Shown here piece by piece: positions 19,797 to 29,549 of a stretch of 64,000 bases of DNA. The stretch spans positions 88,945 to 152,944 of the forward strand of contig JAQGDQ010002390.1 of assembly GCA_030141605.1 (NCBI GenBank), given 5' to 3'. Within the stretch, counting starts at the first letter, position 1. Every line of letters begins with the position of its first letter. The translations under genes and the position numbers were made by a program. This stretch comes from Tubiluchus corallicola (taxonomy: Eukaryota > Animalia > Priapulida). The notes under the pieces were generated by a model. The model was not told where the DNA came from and did no database searches. It saw only the letters and a program-made list of their open reading frames with translations.

Positions 19797-21914
19797 CTAA
19801 AATACAGAAGAAATCGGAAATAAATACTCATGCTCACGCTCGTGCTCATCGCCTCTTAAACGAAAATGATAAATCCGAAAGTTTTCAAAAATACGCTGTG
19901 TATAATTGCGAGTCTCCCGAAAAGGAATCCTCTCTATCCAGTCAATCACATCATCTGTCGACATTAAACGAGGATCGCCAAACCGCTCCACCCATTCGTT
20001 AGCACGCGATGGACCCGCATTATAAGCCGCAATCGCCAAAACATAACTTCCCTCAAACTGCTCCAGCAAGTCCGCAAGATAATGCTGCCCAATCGCAATA
20101 TTATAAACTGTATTCTTCAATAACTCCTGCGCGCCCCGCCAGCGGATATTATGCTTTACCGCCGTAACCTTCGCTGTCTCAGGCAAAATCTGCATCATCC
20201 CTAAAGCACCCGCAGAACTAGACGCCCGCTTATTAAAAGAACTCTCCTGGCGAACAATCGCATGAATCAACGCCGAATCAACCCGTACAGAAATATTATG
20301 CCGCTTTAAAACAGATTCCACATCTAAAACCGGCCATCCCTCCACCGCTCTTAAAATCCCCTTACGAGACAGCTTCTTCGACCAGTAAACCGCAATATCA
20401 TACCGCTCAACAGAAAGAGAAAGCTGAGCACACGCAAGCTGTAACTCTATGGGGTCATGATCCGTACAAGCCTCCATTAAAAAATTACGCATCCAATCAT
20501 TGCGCTCCAGCTGCTGTAAAAAATTCACAACACGAACAGGTAAACGATCATAAAAATCATACTTTTTTACAGCCTGCAAAGTATCACCACGCGCAAAAAA
20601 AGTAAAAATAGGATCAACATCATACTGCTCAAGACGCTCTAAAGCCAACTGGCCATAAAATGTCTGCGGCAATAAAATAGCCTTATTATACCAATAATAA
20701 GCCTGCTTCTTATCCCCCATATCCTCATGGGATCTTCCAAGCCAATACGCTCCGCGCGACTTGCTAATCGGAAGAGAGGTCGAATCATAAAAATTCTGAA
20801 AATGAGAAATCGCCCACGCCGGCTTTTCCGCGAAACGCAGCGCTATCCAACCCGACAACCACTCGGCTTCTATATAAGACGCCCCTTTGGTCAAACCATG
20901 CTGCCGTGCCAGCGAAAGCGCCATTTTCGCGTTCCCGAACTCTAGTGCCTTACGCGCCGCTATAGAACGCTCCACCCAAATCTTTCTATTATAACTCTCC
21001 GGAAAAGACGAAGGCCAAGAAACAGATAATAATAATTTTCCCGCCTCCTCATGCCGTTCAGAACGACGCAGCCAACGAACACGCTCATAAATTAAACCCA
21101 GATCTCCCTTCAAATCTAGAGCGACCGCCTCAACAGCCTCCTCAACAGCCGGCGCCTTGCGCGCCAACGCTAAACGCGCCAACGCTAAAGTCTTATAGCG
21201 CTCATCATGAATCAACGCCAGCATCCTATCCGCCGGCTCATACCGCCCAAGCCAAATCAGCCTATTTAAACGAGCCCAATGATCCTCTAATGTTAAAAAA
21301 AGACTCGCAAGCATATAGAATTTCTGCTCCTGCTGTAAGGAAAAAGATGCTTCAACCCATGTATAAGAAGCATACTCACGAGCCTCCTCCATGCGCTGAT
21401 TGCGCAATAAAGAATCTAAAAAATAAATCTTCCCATTCGCCGTCTTGGGATATTTATCTCGAAACCATAACGATATCAGCTCATCATCAACATTACTATC
21501 AATACTCTGCTCCATATACTGGGTAATACGACTTTTTAAAGGCCAGTCCGAATGCTGCTTTAAAAAATCCCACCTCTTCTCAAAAGAAACGTCCCCTTGA
21601 GACTCCTCCTCGCCATCCACAGGAGAAGCGTAATGAGCCCACAATGTAAATAAGGATAATAAAGAATTCCCCAGCTGGCTGGCTTTCTGCTGCGCATTAT
21701 CCCACTTCTTGTTATCAATATCCTTTAAAACAGCCTGTGCCTTCTCTATCTCGCTCTTGGAAAGCTCATGAGGGTTTTCACTCGCCCCAACAGGGCTTCC
21801 ATAGGTAGAAAACACTATCCCTATAAACAAACAGATCTTATAAAAATAAAATCCCTCCTTTGAAAATAGGCCTGCTCTTAATCCAACTCTATAGTTCCCT
21901 ATGCGCAAGATCAT
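19797..21914 (-). CDS. slt: soluble lytic murein transglycosylase
   Basis: IVRQES, GMMQILP, AAYNAGP, IPFRETRNY; divergent from dapA. Confidence 0.92.
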   Translation of the reverse strand: MILRIGNYRVGLRAGLFSKEGFYFYKICLFIGIVFSTYGSPVGASENPHELSKSEIEKAQAVLKDIDNKKWDNAQQKASQLGNSLLSLFTLWAHYASPVDGEEESQGDVSFEKRWDFLKQHSDWPLKSRITQYMEQSIDSNVDDELISLWFRDKYPKTANGKIYFLDSLLRNQRMEEAREYASYTWVEASFSLQQEQKFYMLASLFLTLEDHWARLNRLIWLGRYEPADRMLALIHDERYKTLALARLALARKAPAVEEAVEAVALDLKGDLGLIYERVRWLRRSERHEEAGKLLLSVSWPSSFPESYNRKIWVERSIAARKALEFGNAKMALSLARQHGLTKGASYIEAEWLSGWIALRFAEKPAWAISHFQNFYDSTSLPISKSRGAYWLGRSHEDMGDKKQAYYWYNKAILLPQTFYGQLALERLEQYDVDPIFTFFARGDTLQAVKKYDFYDRLPVRVVNFLQQLERNDWMRNFLMEACTDHDPIELQLACAQLSLSVERYDIAVYWSKKLSRKGILRAVEGWPVLDVESVLKRHNISVRVDSALIHAIVRQESSFNKRASSSAGALGMMQILPETAKVTAVKHNIRWRGAQELLKNTVYNIAIGQHYLADLLEQFEGSYVLAIAAYNAGPSRANEWVERFGDPRLMSTDDVIDWIERIPFRETRNYTQRIFENFRIYHFRLRGDEHEREHEYLFPISSVF

Positions 21915-22149
21915 AAAATATGTTGCCTCTTATAAATCACAAGTTATACTTATCCATTGTATATCTAAACAAAAAATTATCTAAATATTAAAATTGTTTA
22001 ATTATCTACCATACTGAAAATTAGAGTGCCGAAATAAAACACAACATTTAATTATCTAAGGTAAAAATTGTAGAATATTATTGTAAAAATTACAAATCAT
22101 TTATTTTAAAATAACATATCCACATAGCTGCTTATTTCAGGAGAAAACA

Positions 22150-23031
22150 ATGTTCACTGCGCATGGGTCCATCCCCGCCCTCATAACACCTTTTCAAAAC
22201 CAGAAGATTGATATAAACACTTTCCAAAATATTGTCAAGTGGCAAATCCAAAGTGGAAGTCATGCCCTCGTTCCTTCCGGAACAACAGGAGAATCCCCAA
22301 CCCTCAGCCATCAAGAGCATGAAATGATCATTGAGGCCTGCGTGGAAACTGCGCAAAAAAAATGCCCAGTTATCGCCGGAACCGGCTCCAACTCTACGCA
22401 AAGAGCAATCGCCCTAACACAATTCGCGCAAAAAGTCGGCGCCGACGCCGCCCTCATTGTTCTCCCTTACTATAACAAGCCTTCCCAAAAAGGACTCTAT
22501 GAACATTATAAAGCTATCGCAACCTCTGCCGATATTCCTATCATTATCTATAACATACCAGGACGATGCGTTATCGCTATGAATAACGATACCATGCTGG
22601 AACTTACAAAAAAATTCCCAGCCATATGCGGCGTGAAAGACGCGACACAAAACCTCGAGAAACCAACCATCATGCGCGATCTCGCCGGAGAAAATTTCTG
22701 CCTCCTCTCCGGAGATGACCCAACATCCTTGCCCTTTCTCGCCGCCGGAGGCCACGGCTGCATCTCGGTAACAGCCAATATAGCACCAGAACTCTGCGCC
22801 AGCATGCATATCGCATGGCAAAATCGCCAGTATGAAAAAGCACTGGAAATCCACCAGCGCCTTATGCCCCTCCATAACGCTCTCTTCTGTGATACAAGCC
22901 CCGTACCCGTGAAATACGCAGCCTCCCTTCTGGGACTTTGCTCCCCTGAAGTCCGCCTCCCTCTCTATGAACTTTCCGACGAAAATAAACGCCATATCCA
23001 AAATATTATGAAATCTACAGGCATACTATAA
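22150..23031 (+). CDS. dapA: 4-hydroxy-tetrahydrodipicolinate synthase
   Basis: GTTGES, PYYNKP, YNIPGR, GVKDAT. Confidence 0.97.
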   Translation: MFTAHGSIPALITPFQNQKIDINTFQNIVKWQIQSGSHALVPSGTTGESPTLSHQEHEMIIEACVETAQKKCPVIAGTGSNSTQRAIALTQFAQKVGADAALIVLPYYNKPSQKGLYEHYKAIATSADIPIIIYNIPGRCVIAMNNDTMLELTKKFPAICGVKDATQNLEKPTIMRDLAGENFCLLSGDDPTSLPFLAAGGHGCISVTANIAPELCASMHIAWQNRQYEKALEIHQRLMPLHNALFCDTSPVPVKYAASLLGLCSPEVRLPLYELSDENKRHIQNIMKSTGIL

Positions 23032-23043
23032 GGGCAAACCCTC

Positions 23044-23523
23044 ATGGCTAAAAAAAAGACCGCACCGGAAAATATAAAAATTATCGCTCAAAACCGAAAA
23101 GCCAGATTCCTTTATAAAATTATTGAAACATTCGAAGCCGGCATCATCCTAAAAGGATCAGAAGTCAAATCCCTGCGACTGGGGCAGGCCAGCATTAACG
23201 AAAGTTACGTCTCTGTTCATCAGGGGAAACTTATGCTTATCAACGCCTCTATTTCCCCTTATAAAAACAGCGCCCACTTTACTCATGAGGAACGACAGGC
23301 CCGAACTCTGCTTATGCATAAAAAAGAAATCAAACGATTCATCGGCGCTATCGAACGAAAAGGATTAACCCTAATTCCCCTCATGCTTTATTTCAACAAA
23401 CGCGGAATCGCGAAAGTAAAAATCGCCCTCGCGTCCGGAAAAACAAAGATCGATCAACGGCAAACCATCAAAGAAAGAGAATGGAAACGAGAACAGGGAC
23501 GCTTACTGCGCAATAAATATTAA
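23044..23523 (+). CDS. smpB: SsrA-binding protein
   Basis: NRKARF, EAGIILKGSEVKSLR, TIKEREWKRE. Confidence 0.97.
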   Translation: MAKKKTAPENIKIIAQNRKARFLYKIIETFEAGIILKGSEVKSLRLGQASINESYVSVHQGKLMLINASISPYKNSAHFTHEERQARTLLMHKKEIKRFIGAIERKGLTLIPLMLYFNKRGIAKVKIALASGKTKIDQRQTIKEREWKREQGRLLRNKY

Positions 23524-23594
23524 CATCCTAAAAAAATACCCTTAAAATCTAACAGAGTATAATAAACACAGCTCTCTTACCGCCCCATACACGC

Positions 23595-24035
23595 TTACGG
23601 TGCCGCGTAAAGCCGCTGCGCCCGTTTTTCAAACGCGTTCACCATCTGCCTGTTCACCTCGTGAAACAAAGAAGACGCCAGCTTTGATAAAAAATGAGAG
23701 CGAAACTCAAAATCAATAAAAAAAGCCACATGGCACCCTTGCGATTCCTCATCTTGGTGAAAAATCCAATGGCTGTTCAAATGTTTAAACGGCCCCTCTA
23801 CCAGCTCGATATCAATACGAGAAGGATAATATAGCGTATCACGCGTTATAAATGTCTCCGTTATAACACCTAAACCCGAGGTTATACCAACGAGCAACGT
23901 ATCATCCCGACTCTCCAAAAGCACCACCTCCTTACACCATGGTAAAAAGGCAGGATATTTCTCCACATCCGACACAAGCGTAAACAGTTGCTCGGCGGAA
24001 AATGAGAAAAAACGCTTCTCCTTATAAATCGGCAT
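23595..24035 (-). CDS. ratA: RatA/Coq10 START-domain protein
   Basis: [27 protein letters not shown]; follows lipA. Confidence 0.88.
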   Translation of the reverse strand: MPIYKEKRFFSFSAEQLFTLVSDVEKYPAFLPWCKEVVLLESRDDTLLVGITSGLGVITETFITRDTLYYPSRIDIELVEGPFKHLNSHWIFHQDEESQGCHVAFFIDFEFRSHFLSKLASSLFHEVNRQMVNAFEKRAQRLYAAP

Positions 24036-24969
24036 GGGTTTCTTCCTGTCTCAGCTGTCGCTCCCGCGCTTTTCTCAAAAGAGCAAAATCATCATCCGCA
24101 TGATAGGAAGAGCGCGTTAAAGGACTCGCCGAAACCATCAAAAACCCCTTGCTCTCAGCAGACTTTTCATAATCCTTAAATTGCTCCGGCGTTACAAAAT
24201 CCATCACTGGCCAATGATAAGACGTCGGCTGTAAATATTGCCCAATCGTCAAAAAATCCACCCGCGCAGAGCGCAAATCATCCATAACCTGCAAAACCTC
24301 TCCTTTTTCTTCCCCAAGCCCAACCATCATACCCGATTTCGTAAAAATTCCCGCATCAAGATCACGAACCCTCGACAATAACTGAAGACTATGAAAATAA
24401 CGAGCGCTCGGACTTATCTCACGATAAAGACGGGGAACAGTTTCTATATTATGGTTGAAAACATCCGGCCTCGCCTTCACAACCTTCTCCAGCGCCCCTA
24501 CCTTACCCCGAAAATCCGGCGTTAAAACCTCTATCGTTATAGAGGGGCTTTGAGCACGAACCTCCCGTATACAAGCCGCGAACTGTTCCGCCCCCCCATC
24601 ATCGAGATCATCCCGATCAACAGAGGTAATCACCAAATAACTCAATCGCATCTTCCGCGCCATAAGAGCGATATTCTCAGGCTCGGAACTATCAAGCGCC
24701 TCGGGCTTTCCAGACTTTACATTGCAAAACCGGCAGGAACGTGTGCAAATATCGCCCAGAATCATCACAGCCGCATGCCCGCGCTGCCAGCATTCTCCAA
24801 TATTCGGACAGGCCGCCTCCTCACAAATCGTATGTAACGAGCTTTCCCTCACCAACGAACGCGTCTCTAAATATCCCTCAGATACCGGTGCCCTCACCCG
24901 TAACCAAGGCGGCTTTCTGAGAAACGCTTTCTGCTGGCTTTTCAATCTCTCACGCCGAACTTTATTCAT
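24022..24969 (-). CDS. lipA: lipoyl synthase
   Basis: [26 protein letters not shown]. Confidence 0.97.
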   Translation of the reverse strand: MNKVRRERLKSQQKAFLRKPPWLRVRAPVSEGYLETRSLVRESSLHTICEEAACPNIGECWQRGHAAVMILGDICTRSCRFCNVKSGKPEALDSSEPENIALMARKMRLSYLVITSVDRDDLDDGGAEQFAACIREVRAQSPSITIEVLTPDFRGKVGALEKVVKARPDVFNHNIETVPRLYREISPSARYFHSLQLLSRVRDLDAGIFTKSGMMVGLGEEKGEVLQVMDDLRSARVDFLTIGQYLQPTSYHWPVMDFVTPEQFKDYEKSAESKGFLMVSASPLTRSSYHADDDFALLRKARERQLRQEETHADL

Positions 24970-25017
24970 AAAAATACCCTAAAATCACTCCTCAAATATA
25001 CCTTAAACCTATAATAG

Positions 25018-25344
25018 CTAATCCAGATCATCAAGTAAAATAACAATCTCATCATCCAAACCCATATGAAGAACAATCCGCGCACGCTCCTCTAAAAAAT
25101 CCAAGTCCAAACTCTCCGGATAAAGACTCTTGACACGCACTTCAAGCGCAAACCTCTCCTCTTGCAGCTCATCCAGCCGCTGCCGCGCTTGCTCTATATC
25201 CTGCCGCAAGTTAAAAAAAACAGAAAAACTCTGCTGCCCCCTCATAATATGGCTTAAAAACCACGCCACAAGAATAAGCATTAAAAATAAAACGACACAC
25301 TTGATTAATGGCGCGAAAAAAGATTCAATAGCGGATTTTCTCAT
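25018..25344 (-). CDS. ftsB: septum formation initiator, FtsB/DivIC family
   Basis: One TM helix, coiled coil, LDLDFLEERAR. Confidence 0.85.
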   Translation of the reverse strand: MRKSAIESFFAPLIKCVVLFLMLILVAWFLSHIMRGQQSFSVFFNLRQDIEQARQRLDELQEERFALEVRVKSLYPESLDLDFLEERARIVLHMGLDDEIVILLDDLD

Positions 25345-25604
25345 TAAACAAATACCTTGGCTGCAGATCGATTGTAGAAAGTATAAAGCTAAAATATTTA
25401 TAATCCATTAAATCTTATCTTAAAGTCTTACCTCCATCCCTCTTAAAGCCGTGTTTCCCATCCCCCTAAATATCAAAATAAAGCCTCCCTCATAGCATAA
25501 AATTACCGCCCGCCTTCTTTCCCTTATTGCATTTCACAGCAACTATGCCATAAAATAGCTTTGGAAATTTTACACAATTACAGACTTTAAATGCGGGTCC
25601 CTTC

Positions 25605-28600
25605 ATGAATAAAAAACAATCTAATTTCATACATTTAAGAGTACATTCCGCTTATTCTCTCGCTGAAAGCGCCATTAAAACAGAAGAGCTGCTCAAACAA
25701 TGCAAAGACAATAATATGCCCGCTGTCGCCATAACCGATACCAATAATATCTTCGGCGCAAGAGAATTTTCACTTCAGGCAATCAACGCCGGTATCCAAC
25801 CTATTATCGGCTGCCAGATTACCCTTAACCATAACAGAACCTCCAGCGAACTCCCTCTCCTTGTGCAAGACGAAACCGGCTATAAAAATCTTCTGCGGCT
25901 TTTGTCAAACGCTTACCTCAGTAATAAAAATATATTCGTCACCCTTGAACAGCTGAGCGCTGCCTCCCAAGGCCTTATCGCTCTCTCCGGAGGAGACAGC
26001 GGCCCCATAGGAGCCGCCCTTGAACACAATAGCTATAAAGACGCGGAAACCATAACAAAAACACTCGCAACCCTCTTTCAAAACAGATTCTATATGGAGA
26101 TTATGCGCCATAACCTTCCTCAACAGAAAAAATCAGAAGCTGTTTTTATCGACCTCGCCCTGAAATATACCCTCCCTCTTGTCGCGACAAATAACTGCTT
26201 CTTCCCAACAGCAGAAATGTATGAAGCAAGCGATATCCTTCTGTGTATCGCCCAAGGAACTGTCATAACAGACGAAAACAGACGCCACCTAACACCCTCT
26301 CACTATCTGAAAAACTCCCAGGAAATGGAAGAGCTCTTCGCCGATATACCAGAGTCCATAACCAATACACGCGTCATCGCTCAACGATGCGCTTTCCTGA
26401 TAGATAAAAAAACACCGTCACTCCCTCACGCCTTCGGTCCCGACATCAATGAAGATAAAAAATTGGAAGAAGAAGCGCTCGCTGGCTTGCAAACCCGCCT
26501 AGAAAACGCCGTATTTACAGAGTCCTTAACACAAGAGGAAAAAAAAGATATCCAAATACGCTACACACAAAGACTAAACTATGAAATCAGCGTCATTACA
26601 GACATGGGATTCTCTGGATATTTCCTGATTGTCGCTGACTTTATCGGATGGGCGAAGCAACACGAAATTCCCGTCGGACCCGGACGAGGATCCGGCGCCG
26701 GCTCCCTAGTCGCTTGGTCGCTTTTCATCACAGACTTGGATCCTATTCGATTCGACCTCCTGTTTGAACGATTCCTCAATCCTGAACGCGTCTCCATGCC
26801 GGACTTCGATATCGATTTCTGCCAAGAACGCCGCGACGAAGTTATCCATTACGTACAGAAAAAATACGGAAAGGAAAATGTCGCGCAAATCATCACATTC
26901 GGAAAACTCAAAGCGCGAGCCGTCATCCGAGATGTCACGCGCGTGCTCAATATGCCATGGTCCCTAGGCGATAAAATCGCTAAAATGATCCCAAGTCAAC
27001 CTGGGAAAGAAATCTCCCTAACCCAGGCCATCAAAACAGAACCAAACCTGAAAGAATTCCTAAACGAGGACCCGCAAGCTAAACAAATCGTCAATATCGG
27101 AAAACAACTTGAAGGACTCTATCGACACGCCTCGACACACGCCGCGGGCGTGGTGATAGGATCACAAAAACTCAAAGAGATAATCCCTCTCTATCGCGAT
27201 CCGGGATCGGATATGCCTGTAACAGGATTCAATATGAAATATATCGAAGATACAGGCCTGATTAAATTCGACTTTCTTGGGCTGAAAACCCTCTCTATGC
27301 TTAAAAAAACCGTAGAGCTTATTCAGAAAACAGAACATAAAAATATCGATATATCAACACTCCCCCTTGATGACAACGCTGTTTTCGACCTGCTTTCCAG
27401 CGGAAATACACTGGGAGTCTTTCAGATGGAAAGCGCCGGAATGCGCGACGTGCTTCGGAAAATGAAACCCGATAGCTTTGAGGATATTATCGCAGCTGTC
27501 TCCCTCTATCGCCCCGGCCCAATGGACAATATACAAAGCTATGTCAAACGAAAACACGGGCTGGAAAAAATCAACTATATGCATGACTCCCTAAAGCCGA
27601 TTTTACAAGAAACATTCGGCATCATGGTCTATCAGGAACAAGTCATGCAAATCGCCCAAACAATGGCACGCTATACCTTGGGAGCCGCCGATCTACTCAG
27701 ACGCGCCATGGGAAAAAAAATCGCCTCCCAAATGGAAGAACAACGGGAAATCTTTATCCGTGGCGCCATGGAAAACACTATCCATAAATCCGTCGCTCAA
27801 AATGTCTTTGAGCAAATGGCAAAATTCGCCAGCTACGGATTTAACAAATCCCACGCCGCCGCCTACGCCCTCATTGCCTACCAAACAGCCTGGTTCAAAA
27901 CCCACTATCCCGTAGAATTTATCGCCGCACTTATCACATTTGATATCGATAACACCGATAAAATCAACCTGTATATCCAAGACGCGAAATCCATGAATAT
28001 TACCGTATTACCTCCCGATATCAACAATTCCTTCCCTTTTTTCCACGTAAGAAAAAATAAAGACGGAACAAAAAATATCCTCTATGCCCTTTCCGCAATT
28101 AAAAATATCAGCCAGCAAACCATGTCTATCCTTGTACAGGAAAGAGAAAAAAATGGCCCCTTTACAACACTCAATGACCTCATGGAACGCGTCGACCTTA
28201 AAAGAATATCTAAACGACAACTTGAAAATCTCATCAAAGCAGGCGCCTGCGATTCCCTGAAAGTTGACCGGAAAAGACTCCTTGTGCATATCGAATCAAT
28301 TCTCAAACATTCCGCTGCCTTCTGGGAAGAAAAAAATAGCGCGCAGATCAACCTGTTTAACAATAACTCCAACCAAGAAAAACACACGCTTGCCTTCTCA
28401 CTCCCCCATGAATCCCCTTGGGGCCAAACCGAAAAATTAAACGCTGAACTTGAAGCCGCAGGGCTTTATCTATCAGCGCACCCCCTGGATTCCTGGCACG
28501 AAAAACTGAAAAAAATGAATATACAATCCATTCAGAAGATTACAGAAAAACAAAAAACAAACCATACGGCCACAATGGCCGGAGTTGTCATGAATACAAA

Positions 28601-29048
28601 AATTCGCCGCTCCAAAAAAGGAAACCGCTTCGCATTTATCCTCTTCTCGGACTCAACAGGAAGCTTTGAGGTCACAATGTTCTCCGAAATACTCTCTCAG
28701 TGCGAGCAAGAACTCAAAACAGGAAACGCCTTTATCCTCAACGTAAACGTAGAATGGAGCGACAATACCATCAACCTGACCGCTATTGGACTCTCCTCCC
28801 TTGAGAAAAAAATTCTCACAAAGCAAAATACCCTCCACCTCCAAATCAACCAGCTAACAGCCCTAGACTCCCTTCACGAAATCCTAAAAAATAACGAGGC
28901 GGGCCTAAGCCATATCTACCTTTCCTTGCCTGTGATAAACCAAACCCACCAGGCAACCCTCCGCCTCCCCAAAACCTACCATATTGACTTTAATATCATA
29001 ACAAAAATCAAAGATATACAAGGGATTCATATCGTCCCTCAACTATAA
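25605..29048 (+). CDS. dnaE: DNA polymerase III alpha subunit
   Basis: HLRVHSAYSL, GPGRGSGAGS, PDFDIDF, KFDFLGL, YGFNKSH. Confidence 0.98.
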   Translation: MNKKQSNFIHLRVHSAYSLAESAIKTEELLKQCKDNNMPAVAITDTNNIFGAREFSLQAINAGIQPIIGCQITLNHNRTSSELPLLVQDETGYKNLLRLLSNAYLSNKNIFVTLEQLSAASQGLIALSGGDSGPIGAALEHNSYKDAETITKTLATLFQNRFYMEIMRHNLPQQKKSEAVFIDLALKYTLPLVATNNCFFPTAEMYEASDILLCIAQGTVITDENRRHLTPSHYLKNSQEMEELFADIPESITNTRVIAQRCAFLIDKKTPSLPHAFGPDINEDKKLEEEALAGLQTRLENAVFTESLTQEEKKDIQIRYTQRLNYEISVITDMGFSGYFLIVADFIGWAKQHEIPVGPGRGSGAGSLVAWSLFITDLDPIRFDLLFERFLNPERVSMPDFDIDFCQERRDEVIHYVQKKYGKENVAQIITFGKLKARAVIRDVTRVLNMPWSLGDKIAKMIPSQPGKEISLTQAIKTEPNLKEFLNEDPQAKQIVNIGKQLEGLYRHASTHAAGVVIGSQKLKEIIPLYRDPGSDMPVTGFNMKYIEDTGLIKFDFLGLKTLSMLKKTVELIQKTEHKNIDISTLPLDDNAVFDLLSSGNTLGVFQMESAGMRDVLRKMKPDSFEDIIAAVSLYRPGPMDNIQSYVKRKHGLEKINYMHDSLKPILQETFGIMVYQEQVMQIAQTMARYTLGAADLLRRAMGKKIASQMEEQREIFIRGAMENTIHKSVAQNVFEQMAKFASYGFNKSHAAAYALIAYQTAWFKTHYPVEFIAALITFDIDNTDKINLYIQDAKSMNITVLPPDINNSFPFFHVRKNKDGTKNILYALSAIKNISQQTMSILVQEREKNGPFTTLNDLMERVDLKRISKRQLENLIKAGACDSLKVDRKRLLVHIESILKHSAAFWEEKNSAQINLFNNNSNQEKHTLAFSLPHESPWGQTEKLNAELEAAGLYLSAHPLDSWHEKLKKMNIQSIQKITEKQKTNHTATMAGVVMNTKIRRSKKGNRFAFILFSDSTGSFEVTMFSEILSQCEQELKTGNAFILNVNVEWSDNTINLTAIGLSSLEKKILTKQNTLHLQINQLTALDSLHEILKNNEAGLSHIYLSLPVINQTHQATLRLPKTYHIDFNIITKIKDIQGIHIVPQL

Positions 29049-29151
29049 AATAAATATTTCCTCTGTTATAATTTTCATAAAATGAGTACACTGTGAAATA
29101 AATAATAAAAAAATATCAGGGTCAACCAGCTAAAACTAAGGAGCTTTAAAC

Positions 29152-29502
29152 ATGACAACCTCTATTATTAAACTTTACCATAACCCGGACTGTTCGAAAT
29201 CTCGCACTGCCGTGGCCCTGCTGGAGGAACACCATGCTGAATTCCAAATCGTCCATTATATGAAAACGCCACCAACACCACAGGATATTAAAAAAATCTT
29301 GGCAGCCCTTAATAAAACTGCCCATGATATCATTCGCGAAAAAGAGGCTCGGGAAAGTGAAATAGACCTTAGTTCTACAGATGAAGAAGAACTTATCCAA
29401 ACATTGTCCAAACATCCTCATCTTTTGCAAAGACCGATCGCTATCATAAATGATAAAGCCGAAATCGGCCGCCCGCCAGAAAATATCCTAAAACTTCTAT
29501 AA
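29152..29502 (+). CDS. arsC: arsenate reductase (glutaredoxin)/ArsC family protein
   Basis: YHNPDCSKSR, LLQRPI, IGRPPE. Confidence 0.88.
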   Translation: MTTSIIKLYHNPDCSKSRTAVALLEEHHAEFQIVHYMKTPPTPQDIKKILAALNKTAHDIIREKEARESEIDLSSTDEEELIQTLSKHPHLLQRPIAIINDKAEIGRPPENILKLL

Positions 29503-29549
29503 CTCTTTGAAATCACGGTTTCATAAAAAATCTAAAAAGATACACTTAA

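Noticed and set aside
23595-24035. ratA as a toxin-antitoxin module
   Set aside because: No antitoxin partner; this is the usual Coq10-like gene after lipA.
29152-29502. arsC as an arsenic resistance island
   Set aside because: No arsR or arsB/acr3; a lone ArsC-family gene in housekeeping context.
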